Positions 22,609-31,982 of a stretch of 42,089 nt of DNA are shown in pieces. The stretch lies in the IMG/VR virus record IMGVR_UViG_3300045988_068238; one strand, given 5' to 3'. The stretch is from a virus. The position numbers and the translations under genes are program-made. Below the pieces are notes generated by a model. It saw only the letters and a list, made by a program, of their open reading frames with translations. It was not told where the DNA came from and made no database searches. Each line of letters opens with the position of its first letter. Within the stretch, counting starts at the first letter, position 1.

Positions 22609-22674
22609 CCTTGTCAAAACAGCCAGCTTTTGACCGTCTGAAAAGTGCAAAACGCTGATTATTTGTGTTGGATA

Positions 22675-22703
22675 TTGTCTTTCGCTGTATGGCGGCGTAA
22701 AAT
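22675..22703 (+). promoter_or_regulatory. Promoter TTGTCT-17-TAAAAT for the zinc-ribbon gene
   Basis: TTGTCT at 22675-22680 and TAAAAT at 22698-22703. RBS GAAAGGAG lies downstream. Confidence 0.5.
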
Positions 22704-22736
22704 GTAGTCACTTTTTGAAAGGAGAAGGGCACGAAT

Positions 22737-22985
22737 ATGTTTTGTCCAAAATGCGGAAGCGACAATGTAACTGTTTCTATTCAGCAAGCATCCACCAAGA
22801 CCAAGAAGCACGGGAATAGCTTTGGCGGGCACATGAACAACATGGCAAGGGGATTGACTGCTGCTTGCACGCTCGGTATGTCAAACCTTGTATGGAAGAA
22901 ATCCAAAGGCGGTGAAAAAACAGTTATAACAAACGAAAAAGTTTGCTTGTGCCAAAACTGCGGTAACTCGTGGATAATTGAATAA
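22737..22985 (+). CDS. Zinc-ribbon protein (82 aa), moron
   Basis: CPKCGS near the N-terminus and CQNCGN near the C-terminus. Has its own promoter and RBS. Orientation is opposite to the structural genes. Confidence 0.65.
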   Translation: MFCPKCGSDNVTVSIQQASTKTKKHGNSFGGHMNNMARGLTAACTLGMSNLVWKKSKGGEKTVITNEKVCLCQNCGNSWIIE

Positions 22986-23018
22986 AAAAAGAAGGCAAGG
23001 GATTAACCATTGCCTTCT
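22984..23018 (-). terminator. Terminator at the end of the late operon
   Basis: Stem GAAGGCAA/TTGCCTTC (22991-22998 and 23010-23017), followed on the minus strand by seven T. Confidence 0.65.
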
Positions 23019-23260
23019 CCATGTTCCAGATCGTCTATTCTGTGGTTTGCTACTTTGATTTTTTCTTTGATGATTTCCTGTTCTTCTTCAATGCGGTATG
23101 TTCGTTCCACAAGGTTGTTGTGCTTGTTCACACGTTCTTCAAGCCGTTCCAGACGATATGCAAGCAGCGCCTTTGTTTTGCTGTTGCTAAGATATGCGCC
23201 GGTCAGTGTGCCGACAAGTGCCAAAAATGCAACAATAATGGTAGATACGTCAAAGCCCAT
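23003..23260 (-). CDS. Membrane-anchored coiled-coil protein (possibly XhlA-like lysis accessory)
   Basis: N-terminal TM helix IIVAFLALVGTLTGAYL, then LERLEERVNKHNNLVERTYRIEEEQEIIKEKIK. Last gene after the tail fibre. Confidence 0.5.
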   Translation of the reverse strand: MGFDVSTIIVAFLALVGTLTGAYLSNSKTKALLAYRLERLEERVNKHNNLVERTYRIEEEQEIIKEKIKVANHRIDDLEHGEGNG

Positions 23261-23284
23261 ACGATTTACCTTCTTTATTAAGAT

Positions 23285-25315
23285 TTAGATTTGCCACGGC
23301 GCAGTGATGTTCCAAGTAAGACTAAATTCAATCGCCGCACCCGCTGTGTAAGCTGAACCTGTCCTTACATAGACCATTCCTGTTTTTCTGACCCAGCAGA
23401 CACAAGTCCCCGTTGCCCCCTGAACGCCAACCGTTGCAACGGAATTCAAAGGGCATTGTTCAACCGGTATCGTTGCCACCAGCGTTCCTGTCGCAGCAGC
23501 TATATCCTTATCAATATGAAGATTGATGTACATTGTCGCAATATCGCCGCTTCTGGACGCTGATGCCCGTGATATAGTAACGCCCGTTTCAGGCGTGATG
23601 GTGATTTTCTTTGTTCCGCCGCAGATCATCTGCCAGCCGCCCCAAGCGCCCGTATAATAGCACCGCTGCCAGACATACTGGTCATCCTTATCACATTGCG
23701 TGAACCGCTGGACACGCTGCAAGCCGTCCCCGCCAAGCAGCACTTCCACAAAGGCCGTTGCCGTAGTGGACAGGGAAGGCTTGTTCAGGACTGTTGGACT
23801 TGAAGTCGTGTTCGCCACACAGTAATAGCCCGGTTCCAGCAGTGTGTCCATGTCCGTTTCAGGCGGTAGCATGATCGGACTGTTTACCAGTTCCCCGTGC
23901 CATGACTTCATAGGCAAAGCAAATTCCACGCCTTCTGTCAACTCCGACACCTTGCCGAAGGCAAGTGCCTTCCCGTTTGCATTGAAATCCAGCAGCGTGA
24001 ACGCAGTGGGTATTTCTATAATGCTTCTGACTGTTGTGAAATGGTCTGTAACAGACAAGCGCACATCATAGCTGTTGTCAAGCCCGAAGATGCCGATTGC
24101 GCTGATAATGTTGTCTTTCAAAGCATAAACAGCGCCGCTTGTCAAGGTTGTCCAAGCAGTAGCACTTTGCAGCTTGTATTCCAGCGTGTAAGCTGCCGTG
24201 TTCTTATCTGACACGGGCGCTATACTGAAGTTGATCGCGGCGTTAAGATAGGCACCTTCATAGTTTTCCGTGCCGTCTGCAAGGCATCTGAAGCCCTGAA
24301 AGCTTATGATCTTGGGCGCAGAATAGGAAAGCACAGTCCAAGTCTTTGTTGTGCTGGCAGACCGTCCACGGCTATCAGTGACAGTTATCTTTGCTGATAC
24401 CGTCCCACTTCCCGTAATCACTCCGGCTGTCGGCGTAGCGCCTGAATAGCTCTTGCCCTCAAAAACTGTTTTATAGGTCTTGATGGTAGAGCTTAAAGCC
24501 CCTGCCGCCGTGATCGTGAACTTAGGCTTTGACTTGCTCTGCACCATGTTCCCGAAGAAGCTGTAAACCGCCGTGACAGTATCAGCAACAGCAACGCTTG
24601 AAATGGCCGGGACAACACTTGCCGGGACTGTGATCGTGAATTTTTTCGACACCGCCGACCCTATCTTTGTGCTGCCGGAATAGGTCGTTACTGTGACCTT
24701 TGCTGTGCCGCTTGTGGCGTTCGGTATGGCGTTTAGCCAGCTTTGGGGTATTGTATAGCTCGTAGATGTTCCAACGCCTGTGACGCTCTTAGAATAGCTT
24801 CCAAAGCTGAATACAACCGTGTGCGTAAAGCCGCTTGACTTGCGGTCGATGTTTACCATGACCGCATTGCTTCCAGTGACAGATACGGAAGAAGTCACGC
24901 TGCTGATGCTGGATGCTCGTGCTATGGCGTTGAATGTTCCGCTGCCGGACGCTGTGACATTGCCGTAATAAGTGCCGGACAGGGTAACATTTATCCCACA
25001 AGTGGCAGAGAACGAACAGCTTTTCGTGCCGTCCGAATTGTGGGGAATTGTGACCGTTTTTGTGAACAGCGTTTTGGTTTGATTGCCGGACAGGGCAGCG
25101 GTGAAATTGAAGGTGTATTTTGTGCCGTTGATGGTCAAGCTTCCGCTTTTGCTTGCGCTGGAATTGATAGTGTAGCTACTGCCGGTTGACACAAGCTGCA
25201 CCTTTGCCGTTACGCTGGAAGTGTTGTTAGCTACGGACTGCGAACCCACCGACCACGCTATTTGCAACCGATAGCCCGTCCGGATAGCCTGTTGAATGGT
25301 TCCTGATGATGCCAT
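23285..25315 (-). CDS. Tail fibre / receptor-binding protein (DUF859-like N-terminus, knob-like C-terminus)
   Basis: Start moved to ATG 25315 (TGATATG junction). GYRLQIAWSVGSQSVANNTSSVTAKVQL...GSLTINGTKYTF resembles siphovirus DUF859. DMDTLLEPGYYCV...QRFTQ...WQRCYYTGAWGGW resembles the pyocin-knob motif. Confidence 0.7.
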   Translation of the reverse strand: MASSGTIQQAIRTGYRLQIAWSVGSQSVANNTSSVTAKVQLVSTGSSYTINSSASKSGSLTINGTKYTFNFTAALSGNQTKTLFTKTVTIPHNSDGTKSCSFSATCGINVTLSGTYYGNVTASGSGTFNAIARASSISSVTSSVSVTGSNAVMVNIDRKSSGFTHTVVFSFGSYSKSVTGVGTSTSYTIPQSWLNAIPNATSGTAKVTVTTYSGSTKIGSAVSKKFTITVPASVVPAISSVAVADTVTAVYSFFGNMVQSKSKPKFTITAAGALSSTIKTYKTVFEGKSYSGATPTAGVITGSGTVSAKITVTDSRGRSASTTKTWTVLSYSAPKIISFQGFRCLADGTENYEGAYLNAAINFSIAPVSDKNTAAYTLEYKLQSATAWTTLTSGAVYALKDNIISAIGIFGLDNSYDVRLSVTDHFTTVRSIIEIPTAFTLLDFNANGKALAFGKVSELTEGVEFALPMKSWHGELVNSPIMLPPETDMDTLLEPGYYCVANTTSSPTVLNKPSLSTTATAFVEVLLGGDGLQRVQRFTQCDKDDQYVWQRCYYTGAWGGWQMICGGTKKITITPETGVTISRASASRSGDIATMYINLHIDKDIAAATGTLVATIPVEQCPLNSVATVGVQGATGTCVCWVRKTGMVYVRTGSAYTAGAAIEFSLTWNITAPWQI

Positions 25316-25316
25316 A

Positions 25317-25889
25317 TCAATCCACCGCCTTTTTGAAACTGATATTGCCGTTTTCCCTCGGCATGAAAGCGAACTTTCCAAGCTGTAGGCTATGCAATAT
25401 CTGTGTGTCGGTTACATACAGCTTCCGGTTGTTGAAGTATGCCACTTCTGAGCCGTCCTGAAGGAAGCTGATTCTGTCATTGGCTATCTGCAATTCAAGC
25501 TCGTTGCCCACTTCACCCAGCAGAATCTTTCCGTCTACAAATCTAATAAATTTGCGGATTTCTTCAAATTCTGCGTCAGTATTTGCAACTACACTATCAA
25601 TATTTGCGCGGAAAGATGTGAATTCAATCTCAAAACTGTTCTTTGTCTGCTCAATCTCCGTGCTGACAGCGGAAACAAGCGCGTCCGTATCTTCCTTCAA
25701 GTAGTAGTTTTCGGCCACAGTTGACTTGATGTTTTCCTCGGACACTTGCAAAGATGCAAGCAGATTTTGTTCCACGTTGTTAACGGCCGTAGAAGCCGCT
25801 TTGGACGCATTTTCTATTTGCAGTATATTCACCCTGCGCACCGGAAACGCCAGCCAGCGCGCCGGAAATACCCTCAAACACGCCGCCAA
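25317..25889 (-). CDS. C-terminal part of the tail-associated (Tal-like) minor structural protein, in a different frame from 25780-26925
   Basis: Coiled-coil-like NILQIENASKAASTAVNNVEQNLL... The only start is a TTG directly after an in-frame TGA. Overlaps the upstream ORF by 110 nt. Confidence 0.55.
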   Translation of the reverse strand: MAACLRVFPARWLAFPVRRVNILQIENASKAASTAVNNVEQNLLASLQVSEENIKSTVAENYYLKEDTDALVSAVSTEIEQTKNSFEIEFTSFRANIDSVVANTDAEFEEIRKFIRFVDGKILLGEVGNELELQIANDRISFLQDGSEVAYFNNRKLYVTDTQILHSLQLGKFAFMPRENGNISFKKAVD

Positions 25890-26925
25890 GCGTCAGTTTG
25901 TTTGCGCCCGGCTCCAACAGCTTCAAAGACAGCTTTGTAACAAGGAAGTTTTGGTCTATGCCGTGCGGATTGCTTTCCACTTTGACGTATGTCCCAAGGT
26001 GGAAGCTACTGAAAGAAGCGTCCACGGTTGCCAAATCTGCCGCCGTCAATTCGATGGTTTCCGGCTGGTTGACAAGATCAGAAAGATGTGCATTGGCCTT
26101 TGTCAGCAAGTTTGTCGCTTCGGTAACATCATCCCATGTATGCGTGGCAAAAATCAGGCCGTACTTGTCGGCGGCTTCTTCATCAATGATGTAATCAAGG
26201 CCATCATTAACAGAAGCAACGGTCAGGCGGTTGTCCGTGTCTTTGCCTTCATCATCCTTTATCTTTGCGCCCAATGGAATCAAAGCAGTTGCAATGTCAG
26301 CGCCCTTTCTAATCCGCTTCAGGTCAAGCAGATTCTTCCCGAACGTGATTTTTTGCGGCGAAAGAAGCGTGAAGTCCTGCAAGTAGTCAATGTAGTTGAT
26401 ATAACCTTCATGACGTATGACGATATACCCGCCCAGCAGATCAACCAGCTTCTTTTGCAGTTCCGTCCACGTATCGACATATTCAATATTCGACCGGACG
26501 ATATAATCATTCGGGTCAGTGACCGTGACATTTCCGACAGTAAACCACTTTGCTTCTTCCACCTGCGCATTGTGGTTATCAATCAGCAGGTTAAGAAACC
26601 CGGCAACCGTCCCGGAATAGTCGTATGGTCTTTGTACACTGTCCAGCAGAAAGGCAAGTTCACCTTCGCAAGTGACGTGCTTTTCGTTATGGAATCCGAT
26701 TTCGTCATCCAGCACGCGGCCACGGAAAAGCAAATAGTCATCCTGATAAACCGTGATGATGGATTTCAGCTTTTTGATGAAGCTGTAATGTGGATGATCG
26801 GGATAAACTGTGAATAAGACGCTGCCGGTTTTATTCAGCTCCAATTCAACGGAAGGGCTAAAAATTTTCAGGCTTTCCAGATTGCTGTTATACAGCGTCA
26901 GGCCGTCGCAATATACTCTGTACAT
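25780..26925 (-). CDS. Tail-associated protein, N-terminal Prophage_tail (Tal/minor structural) domain
   Basis: MYRVYCDGLTLYNSNLESLKIFSPSVELELNKTGSVLFTVYPDHPHY...YLLFRGRVLD is the typical N-terminal region of the phage minor structural protein. Confidence 0.75.
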   Translation of the reverse strand: MYRVYCDGLTLYNSNLESLKIFSPSVELELNKTGSVLFTVYPDHPHYSFIKKLKSIITVYQDDYLLFRGRVLDDEIGFHNEKHVTCEGELAFLLDSVQRPYDYSGTVAGFLNLLIDNHNAQVEEAKWFTVGNVTVTDPNDYIVRSNIEYVDTWTELQKKLVDLLGGYIVIRHEGYINYIDYLQDFTLLSPQKITFGKNLLDLKRIRKGADIATALIPLGAKIKDDEGKDTDNRLTVASVNDGLDYIIDEEAADKYGLIFATHTWDDVTEATNLLTKANAHLSDLVNQPETIELTAADLATVDASFSSFHLGTYVKVESNPHGIDQNFLVTKLSLKLLEPGANKLTLGGVFEGISGALAGVSGAQGEYTANRKCVQSGFYGR

Positions 26926-26926
26926 A

Positions 26927-27574
26927 TCACAGCCCCGCTTCCTGATAAGAAAACGTGATGCTTCCTGTACCCGTGACAGAAACAGTGTTTTCCCCGGCCT
27001 TTAATTCCAGTTCCGGCAGTGTATAGCTCCCGCTCCCCAAGTCCCACACGCTGTATGCGTTATAGACAATGTGCAGGGCGCTATCAGCTTCAATCAACAC
27101 TTCCGGCACAACGCGCTTGCGGAGATTGGCCAAAGTAATTGCCGTTTCGCCATTTACGGCTTGCGTGACAACAGTTTTTGCCGCCTTGTACTTGTACGGC
27201 TCACAATCCGCTTCTATGTTGATTTTGCCGATGCCCTTGGACGATGTAAAGCTTGAAACGTCAAGCCGCCCCACATAGAAAAAATGCGAATCATCGTCAA
27301 GGATGACCCGCATTTTTTTACCATGTAAAGCATTTTTAACAGCCGAAAATGTGGCAGGGAATTCCGACTGCGAACCAATTGTTGAAAACTGAAATTTGTG
27401 TATCACATTCCCATACTTAGGTTCACCGAAATAGTCAGTCAAATCCAGTGACCCATCAGCCCCCGCAACATCAATCTTCATGGTTTTCACCGTTGGCGCA
27501 CCGATTTCTTTCGACGCAAGAATCAGGTGAAGATCATCATACGAATGATAATTGCCGAATGTGATTCCGTTCAT
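26927..27574 (-). CDS. Distal tail protein (Dit, Sipho_tail), copy 2
   Basis: ITFGNYHSYDDLHLILASKEIGAPTVKTMKIDVAGADGSLDLTDYFGEPKYGN is the canonical Dit N-terminus. Confidence 0.8.
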   Translation of the reverse strand: MNGITFGNYHSYDDLHLILASKEIGAPTVKTMKIDVAGADGSLDLTDYFGEPKYGNVIHKFQFSTIGSQSEFPATFSAVKNALHGKKMRVILDDDSHFFYVGRLDVSSFTSSKGIGKINIEADCEPYKYKAAKTVVTQAVNGETAITLANLRKRVVPEVLIEADSALHIVYNAYSVWDLGSGSYTLPELELKAGENTVSVTGTGSITFSYQEAGL

Positions 27575-27592
27575 TTTTAACCCCCTATAAAA

Positions 27593-27679
27593 TTATGCCG
27601 TCCGCTGCCAAACGTACACAGACAAGTACGGCGGCATATTGTTATGCGCGACGCGCCCGTCTGCGATTGTGATTGCCAT
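27593..27679 (-). CDS. 28-aa ORF resembling the C-terminal end of a tail-collar (MdpB-type) domain, a possible gene remnant
   Basis: MAITIADGRVAHNNMPPYLSVYVWQRTA. HNNM(P/Q)PYL is the conserved end of collar-domain fibre proteins. GGGAGG RBS plus 7 nt. Confidence 0.3.
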   Translation of the reverse strand: MAITIADGRVAHNNMPPYLSVYVWQRTA

Positions 27680-27693
27680 ATGATGGCCTCCCG

Positions 27694-28350
27694 TCACAGC
27701 GCGCGGATGCGGTCTGCGAAGTCACAGGCCATGATCTTACCTGACTGACCGCTCTTGGTACGGATTGCGTTTGCGATGTCGACAAACAGCTCGCCAAGAT
27801 TATCAATGTACTGCACAGTCGGTGCATCCGAAAACGTCGTGATATGCTTATCCAGCCACTCCTTGCTCGGCTCCAAACCAGCGCCAAAGGCGGCGGTCAG
27901 GTCGATCAGCATACAACTTGTGAACCAAAACGGCGTGTTCTTTCCGTTATTGTTGTTGTAATCGAAACGGCAAGGGTAGCTGCCATCGCTAAAACTTGTG
28001 CGCTCAAATACCGCCGACAGGCGCACCCACGTTTCCGCCGCAACATTAAAAGCCATGTTTTGCGCTGCACAAGGCTCGGCAACTGGCCAGTACCAATCGC
28101 AAGTGCCCTGCGTGGCTGCCGCAAAGCGCACCTTGAAGCTGATGTAATATTTATGCGATGCAATCAGTTTGTGCGACGCCGACGTCAGCGTTACCTCGCC
28201 CGCGCCGGAAGGGATGATCTTGATACTGGACGCGGCCCCATCGCCCGGCGTGATGCTCGACAACTGCCACGAGCAGTTTCCACGCGTGGCCGGAAACCAA
28301 CCTTTCCCGCTATTCGCTACTTGATTTGTAAGTGTCACATTAGTAGGCAT
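27694..28350 (-). CDS. Tail fibre tip / putative carbohydrate-binding (jelly-roll-like) protein
   Basis: 218 aa, follows the fibre gene, RBS AAGGTGG. GC-rich. No confident family assignment. Confidence 0.5.
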   Translation of the reverse strand: MPTNVTLTNQVANSGKGWFPATRGNCSWQLSSITPGDGAASSIKIIPSGAGEVTLTSASHKLIASHKYYISFKVRFAAATQGTCDWYWPVAEPCAAQNMAFNVAAETWVRLSAVFERTSFSDGSYPCRFDYNNNNGKNTPFWFTSCMLIDLTAAFGAGLEPSKEWLDKHITTFSDAPTVQYIDNLGELFVDIANAIRTKSGQSGKIMACDFADRIRAL

Positions 28351-28364
28351 ATCGTTTCACCACC

Positions 28365-29900
28365 TTAATAGCTGCTGTTGATTGCTGCTACGATTGCAGT
28401 ATCAACGTAAGACTTGATCGCGTTGGCAATTCCAAGATCGCCAACCAGCTCGGTGGGCGTGCGATAGTACACCCAGCCGCTGTCGTCCAGCACGGCAATC
28501 TTGCCCGGTGTACGCCCAAGATCGCTAGCGGCAGTGGACTGTAGCCATGTACCGCAAAAATACTTGCCGTAGACGTTGCCGGTAAACGTGCCGCCAGACT
28601 TGCTCATTTTGGCGTCAAGTGCAGTCTTGTCCGCCTTTGCATCCAACGCGGTCTTGTCGGCCTTGGCGTCAATCGCTGCCTTGACAGCTTTATTTTGCAC
28701 CGGGTTGGCGCTGGTGCTGGATAGCGTCGCGTCAACGGTGATGTTACTGCCAGCAGCCACCTTGTCATCGATGTACTGCTTGATTACCTTGTTCTGCACA
28801 GGGTTGACCGATGACCCGGACATGGCACTGTCAATGGTGGTCTTGTTTGCGCCCCTCTCAATGTCGTCCAACTTGGTTTTATCCGCCTTGGACATCAGGC
28901 CGTTGGCGGACGTGCTCGCCACCGCGGTACCAGCTTTCTTGTCCAGTGCGGCCTTGACAACCTTGTTCTGAACGGGGTTGGTAGATGTGGCCGACAGTGC
29001 ATTATCCACGTCCACGCCGCCGCTGGCGGCAAGTTCGGCAACTTTTGCCTTGACGTAGGCCACGTTTGCCGCGCAGTCAGTCTGCGCGTCTGTCGGGGTT
29101 TCAATGCCGGACACACATACCGGTACATTTTCTGGCCCAGCGTCAAGCGCAAGCGTGTAGTCATTGCTTTTTTCGCTTGGCGTAATATTTACAACACTTA
29201 CCCCGTCATCATGCCCGATTGCCTGCAACATTACAGCGCCATCGATAAACGCGTACTTTTGGCTGACCGCCCCGATATTTTTGCACGCGCGGGATTTCTG
29301 ATCGGATGTCAGTTCTTGCGTTTCATCGTACCGAACAGAACCTTCTCCTGTCGGGATGTCTATGGTCACATCTTTTGAACCGCTAAACTGCGCCTTGGCA
29401 GCGCCAGTGAATTTCAGGATGCCGGGAGTGCTTGCAAGCAAATCGTATTCGGACTTTCCCCATATTGTACCCGCATATGTACCGCCAGCCGATGCAGTAT
29501 ACGCCAGTCTTGTATTGGGTTCCCAAAATCCATTGTCCTTTGTGGTTTGGAAAATATACTTGGTGCTCCCATCACCCGGCAACTGCACTCGATGCAACGG
29601 GATGATTGTATCCACAACCTTGATCGCGCAGGTGGTTGGAACACCTTTCAGTTTTTCATGCAACTGTGCAGGTGTGATGTCAAATGTCTCTCCATCCGTG
29701 GATGTAGCGACAATGTCGTACATACTGTCCAATTTTTCCTTATCGGCAGCGGACATCAGGCCATTTGCACTGGCCGTAGCAACGGTGGTATCTGCCTTAG
29801 TATCCAGCGCCGTCTTGTCCGCTTTTTTATCCAGCGCGGCCTTGGCAAGCGCCGCATTCTTTGCCGCTGCAATTGCACCGACATACTTTTCGTCACTCAT
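28365..29900 (-). CDS. Tail fibre protein with repeated NGLMS..DK.KLD and S.NPVQNK motifs
   Basis: Start moved to ATG 29900 (GAAAGGAG RBS). Motifs: ANGLMSAADKEKLD, ANGLMSKADKTKLD, three copies of S(T/S/V)NPVQNK and the tandem AKADKTALD. Confidence 0.75.
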   Translation of the reverse strand: MSDEKYVGAIAAAKNAALAKAALDKKADKTALDTKADTTVATASANGLMSAADKEKLDSMYDIVATSTDGETFDITPAQLHEKLKGVPTTCAIKVVDTIIPLHRVQLPGDGSTKYIFQTTKDNGFWEPNTRLAYTASAGGTYAGTIWGKSEYDLLASTPGILKFTGAAKAQFSGSKDVTIDIPTGEGSVRYDETQELTSDQKSRACKNIGAVSQKYAFIDGAVMLQAIGHDDGVSVVNITPSEKSNDYTLALDAGPENVPVCVSGIETPTDAQTDCAANVAYVKAKVAELAASGGVDVDNALSATSTNPVQNKVVKAALDKKAGTAVASTSANGLMSKADKTKLDDIERGANKTTIDSAMSGSSVNPVQNKVIKQYIDDKVAAGSNITVDATLSSTSANPVQNKAVKAAIDAKADKTALDAKADKTALDAKMSKSGGTFTGNVYGKYFCGTWLQSTAASDLGRTPGKIAVLDDSGWVYYRTPTELVGDLGIANAIKSYVDTAIVAAINSSY

Positions 29901-29913
29901 ACCGTTACTCCTT

Positions 29914-31170
29914 TCAATTGGCATCCCAGATGGCTTGCATCTCGTCTGCGGTCATGGCAACAAGGCTGCCGCCGCTAGATAGACCGTCGAGCTTCTTTTT
30001 GTCAGCAGCGGACATCAGGCCATTTTTAGACTGTGTTGCAACGTCCGTGTTTGCTTTAGCGTTCAATGCTGTGGTTACAATCTTGTTCTGCACCGGGTTT
30101 GTCGATGTCAGAGACAGCGCCGCGTCTACGTTGATAAATGTTCCACCGCCGCCACCGCCGCCGCTACTGCCGCCGCTTGACCCGCTGCTTGATGTTCCGT
30201 TCTTCCCGATCGCGGTTTCGTAAGATACGGACATATAGTCATTTCGGATGCTTACGATTTTTTTGGTAATAGGTACGGAAACGGAAATGCCGGTGACGGT
30301 ATCAACCGCGCCGACCACATCGCCGACATCAAAGGCATATTCCGCTTCGTTCAAGCTGACTGATAAATTGTCTTGATTTTGCAGCTCTGCCAATCTGGAC
30401 GCACCAGCTTCAATCAGCTTTTGCGCACTTTCCGCGCTCGGGTAGTCATATACCGCTGCATATTCATCCGCGCCTGTCAGCGTCTGCGTTTGGCTTATGC
30501 TGCCGCTTGCATCGGCGTATAGATGCACAACCGTTCTGTCCTTTAGTTCACCTTGACCCAAGCAAATCAGATGATTGACTTTTTTCGATGTCGTTTTAAC
30601 TTGGAAAGACATTGCATCAGACGAAACGGAACCGTCTTTTGTATGATCTGCGATAGGCGCGGCAGACAAAATTACCTTTTCCCCGTCAAACGACAAAACT
30701 AGTTTTCCGCCCACGGATTTCAGCATTTGCATGATTCCGTCATAGCCGGTGACATATCGCGGCATTTTATAGTTGCTGATTTCAAGGCCTGAAGCATAGA
30801 TATTAACAGTGAAGATTGATGTTAAACCCATCCTTGTAATCAGCGAATTAAGGACACCGTTTGCTTCGTTGTTTAACGTTAAGTAGTCCTGACCTGCGTC
30901 GGGACAAATCACCTTGGAATTAAGAATTCCGTGCCATGTCCTACCGGTATATGTCACTTCTCCGGTTTTGGTGTCAGAAGTTACCGCATCAATTACGCCG
31001 CCATACTCTGTGCCGATAATGTACACATAGTACCCGGCTTCGCAGCAATGATTATTTGCGTCAACCTTTATCTCAAAATCGTTTTCATCCGAACCGAATG
31101 CAAGGTCTAGATCATACGCTTTCATTACGCCAATAGCTTGCATTGACGAATTTGTATAAATCAAATCCAT
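29914..31170 (-). CDS. Siphovirus Gp37-like (ReqiPepy6-type) baseplate/Tal-like protein with a Gly-rich linker and fibre motif
   Basis: MDLIYTNSSMQAIGVMKAYDLDLAFGSDENDFEI... resembles Sipho_Gp37. The C-terminus carries SSGSSGGSSGGGGGGGT, then TSTNPVQNK and KNGLMSAADKKKLD. Confidence 0.6.
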   Translation of the reverse strand: MDLIYTNSSMQAIGVMKAYDLDLAFGSDENDFEIKVDANNHCCEAGYYVYIIGTEYGGVIDAVTSDTKTGEVTYTGRTWHGILNSKVICPDAGQDYLTLNNEANGVLNSLITRMGLTSIFTVNIYASGLEISNYKMPRYVTGYDGIMQMLKSVGGKLVLSFDGEKVILSAAPIADHTKDGSVSSDAMSFQVKTTSKKVNHLICLGQGELKDRTVVHLYADASGSISQTQTLTGADEYAAVYDYPSAESAQKLIEAGASRLAELQNQDNLSVSLNEAEYAFDVGDVVGAVDTVTGISVSVPITKKIVSIRNDYMSVSYETAIGKNGTSSSGSSGGSSGGGGGGGTFINVDAALSLTSTNPVQNKIVTTALNAKANTDVATQSKNGLMSAADKKKLDGLSSGGSLVAMTADEMQAIWDAN

Positions 31171-31982
31171 TTCGGTTCGCTCCTTTCATCGTAAAGGATT
31201 AACGACCACTGGAAAGATTCACTTCTGCCTATTGTGCTATTACCGCTGGGAATTTTCTTGAAAGTATCATCTACCAACACGCCTTTTATTACGCCGCCTA
31301 CCATTGTACCGGCTGAACCGCTTATATAAGAAACATAGCGTTGGCTAAAAGCATTATTCTTTTTGCCATTTTTAAGTACGTAAACTTCTTTCGTAATCGA
31401 ATCAATAACCAATTGTGTGTTAGCTTCAAGCCCATAACTAAGGCCATGAATTGCGCCACCAATAGATATCGTTGTTTCGGTTGTTGACCCAAAGATTGTA
31501 AGCCTGAAATTCGCTTCATGGTTCAGCGGATTGACTATACCTGTAAGCTCATTAGTAGTGGAATCGCGCACATACGTTGCTTCCACTTCCTTGACCCAAA
31601 ACGGTTCGTCTGATAGCAGTTCCAAAGAAACCAGCATCGTTTTCATAGAATCCAAGTACTTAGACTTCGATGACGCTGTTACATAGCACTTCAGATAGTA
31701 CCCGTTGACGAAAATTTTACCCGGCTGTTTTGCAAGGACATCTTTTTCAAAGCATTCAATCAAATCATTCCGCTTTTGAATTCCGGCAGCTTCTGTCGCA
31801 CACGCAATCGCGAGATCAATTTTTTTGCTGATAACGTTGCGCTTGAAGGAAGTGATTTTCCCGCCGCGCTCGGTGTAGTTCCACGCATAATCATGAAGAT
31901 CGGATGATTTCACATAGATGCCGTTTTCGGAAAAGTTAATTTCCTCGCCCAAATGATTCTGATATTTTACTGTTTCAAGCAT
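31161..31982 (-). CDS. Distal tail protein-like (Dit), copy 1
   Basis: 273 aa, immediately after a tape-measure gene (TAATG overlap). The IFVNGYYLKCYV segment is typical of phage tail family proteins. Confidence 0.55.
   Translation of the reverse strand: MLETVKYQNHLGEEINFSENGIYVKSSDLHDYAWNYTERGGKITSFKRNVISKKIDLAIACATEAAGIQKRNDLIECFEKDVLAKQPGKIFVNGYYLKCYVTASSKSKYLDSMKTMLVSLELLSDEPFWVKEVEATYVRDSTTNELTGIVNPLNHEANFRLTIFGSTTETTISIGGAIHGLSYGLEANTQLVIDSITKEVYVLKNGKKNNAFSQRYVSYISGSAGTMVGGVIKGVLVDDTFKKIPSGNSTIGRSESFQWSLILYDERSEPKWI

Noticed and set aside
28365-31170. Diversity-generating retroelement targeting the fibre repeats
   Set aside because: No reverse transcriptase ORF exists anywhere in the 42 kb. 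The repeats are in-frame protein motifs whose differences are not confined to adenine positions.
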